Virus record (IMG/VR): IMGVR_UViG_3300003322_000571
Coordinates: 286,090 to 350,089 of that record
Strand: one strand, 5' to 3'
Length of the DNA: 64,000 nt
In this document: positions 62,914-64,000 of the stretch, piece after piece
Layout: every line of letters begins with the position of its first letter
How positions within the stretch are numbered: position 1 is the stretch's first letter
Translations under genes and position numbers: made by a program
The notes under the pieces: generated by a model
Seen by the model: the letters and a program-made list of their open reading frames with translations, nothing else
Database searches by the model: none
Told to the model about the DNA's origin: nothing

Positions 62914-62999
62914 GGAGAGGCAGGCCGTGATGTATGTACGGCACCAGCAGGAACAGCTGGCGTCTCTGACTAACGGTGGTTAAATTCCATCACTCTCCA
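62914..62999 (+). pseudogene. degenerate tRNA-like element
   Basis: acceptor, D arm, CCAGC-AGGAACA-GCTGG, T loop TTAAATT. Confidence 0.5.
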
Positions 63000-63042
63000 C
63001 TAAAACAATGAGATAAATAGTGTACACCAAGGAGCACTGTTT

Positions 63043-63378
63043 ATGTTGTTGTCGGAACTGTATCAAGAGCACAAGGGAAGTTCGTTCACCCATGATGGTG
63101 AAAAGTATGACCTTAATAAAGTGTTGAAGGCAGTTGATAAAGATCCTGAGGAAGAATTTGATGTCGATGAACTTAAATGGGTTCTCGATTATGATTCTCC
63201 TGACGATAAACGTGTACGCAAAGCAGACCTAACCACACCAATCTTGGTAACAAGATGGGAAGGAAAACTAGTTGCTATTGATGGTCTTCATCGCCTACAA
63301 AAGGCGGTCGACGAGGGTAGGAAGAAGTTGCCTGGTAAGATGGTTTCGAAGAAAGTATTGAACAGCGCAAAGAAATAA
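63043..63378 (+). CDS. ParB/Srx N-terminal-like protein
   Basis: PILV....LVAIDGLHRL. Confidence 0.7.
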   Translation: MLLSELYQEHKGSSFTHDGEKYDLNKVLKAVDKDPEEEFDVDELKWVLDYDSPDDKRVRKADLTTPILVTRWEGKLVAIDGLHRLQKAVDEGRKKLPGKMVSKKVLNSAKK

Positions 63379-63384
63379 TGAATT

Positions 63385-63464
63385 GTCCTCTTGGCTAGGG
63401 TAAATTGGTACAGCCACTACGCTCAAACCGTAGGCTCTTGCGGGTTCGAATCCCGCAGAGGACA
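63385..63464 (+). tRNA. tRNA-Leu(CAA)
   Basis: CTACG-CTCAAAC-CGTAG. Confidence 0.88.
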
Positions 63465-63477
63465 CAAAGGTTAAACA

Positions 63478-63717
63478 ATGGAAATCAAGATCATTACGCA
63501 TTTCCCGACAGACGACGAAGATTGTAACGGCGATTACTACGACGTTGAAGTTCAAATCGATGGTAAAGTTGTTGCTAGCTTCGGTGATTACTACCACGAC
63601 AAAGGTCAGGATAAGGCAGAGGCGTGGAAAGATGGGTACATTGCTGCAATGGAACAGCTTGCACCGACGACGCAGGTTACAGTTGATTACGATTCCGTTG
63701 CAGATCGAGACGATTGA
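63478..63717 (+). CDS. hypothetical acidic protein
   Basis: 79 aa. Confidence 0.6.
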   Translation: MEIKIITHFPTDDEDCNGDYYDVEVQIDGKVVASFGDYYHDKGQDKAEAWKDGYIAAMEQLAPTTQVTVDYDSVADRDD

Positions 63718-63724
63718 AATTAAT

Positions 63725-63811
63725 GGATAGTTGTTCGCTTGGAGCGTAACTACTTTGGAACAGTAGTCCACTTGTGAAAAGCAGGTGAGAGTTCGATTCT
63801 CTAACTATCCT
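63725..63811 (+). tRNA. tRNA-Ser(GGA)
   Basis: CTACT-TTGGAAC-AGTAG, long variable arm. Confidence 0.75.
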
Positions 63812-63936
63812 CATACATTGTTGCGTAGATAACAGTTACTTCTTTTATTTTGCTTATAAAAAGGACGGGGTTCGATTCCCTGTTTGGAAGCTGGGTGCCA
63901 CATGTGCACTGTTGTCGACTTCATCTCAATGTTATT

Positions 63937-64000
63937 CGGAGTGTAGCGCAGTCTGGCTAGCGCAACTGCTCTGGGAGCAGTGGGTCGGGGGTTCGAATCC
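63937..64000 (+). tRNA. tRNA-Pro(TGG), truncated by window edge
   Basis: CGGAGTG-TAGCGCAGTCTGGCTAGCGC, loop TCTGGGA. Confidence 0.8.

Noticed and set aside
63820-63895. Additional tRNA (GGGGTTCGATTCCC T-arm)
   Set aside because: No convincing acceptor, D or anticodon arms could be built.
1-64000. Numerous antisense/overlapping ORFs in the track (e.g. 3394..4005, 14383..15303, 19185..19859, 27966..29153, 47434..48165, 52196..52915)
   Set aside because: Shadow frames opposite well-supported genes, with no RBS or motifs.
1-64000. Genome-wide TAG recoding (genetic code 15)
   Set aside because: All large conserved genes are intact under the standard code, and no gene split at an in-frame TAG was found in this window.
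1-64000. CRISPR array or long tandem repeats
   Set aside because: No regularly spaced direct repeats seen; repeated strings are tRNA T/D arms.

Overview
64 kb segment of a large T4-related (jumbo-type) dsDNA phage genome, probably infecting a proteobacterium (inference from gene content and the tmRNA tag). The left half, mostly on the minus strand, carries replication and nucleotide genes: DnaB-like helicase, primase, two topoisomerase II subunits, NrdAB, NAD-dependent ligase, ThyA, DHFR, dCMP deaminase, PhoH and MazG. It also carries Acb1-like anti-CBASS and RNA-repair genes. The middle carries Prs, a GH108 endolysin, CoaE/CoaD, NadM-Nudix and Rnl1. From ~55.8 kb to the end lies a tRNA array of more than 30 tRNA or tRNA-like genes interleaved with small ORFs and unexplained structured RNAs. 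The strongest unusual signals are all RNA-level. (1) A circularly permuted two-piece tmRNA (tag ANEGNFRLAA) lies directly upstream of a ClpP-like gene. (2) A 45-codon leader peptide with mutually exclusive terminator/antiterminator precedes the tRNA array and looks like ribosome-mediated attenuation of tRNA supply. (3) A canonical amber-suppressor tRNA(CUA) occurs where phage genes almost never stop at TAG. (4) A ~940-nt promoter-to-terminator ORF-free ornate RNA is present. (5) There are several smaller clamped RNAs, including a tRNA with a ~109-nt D-loop. All RNA structures were folded by eye and all protein calls rest on motif recognition; no database searches were run.
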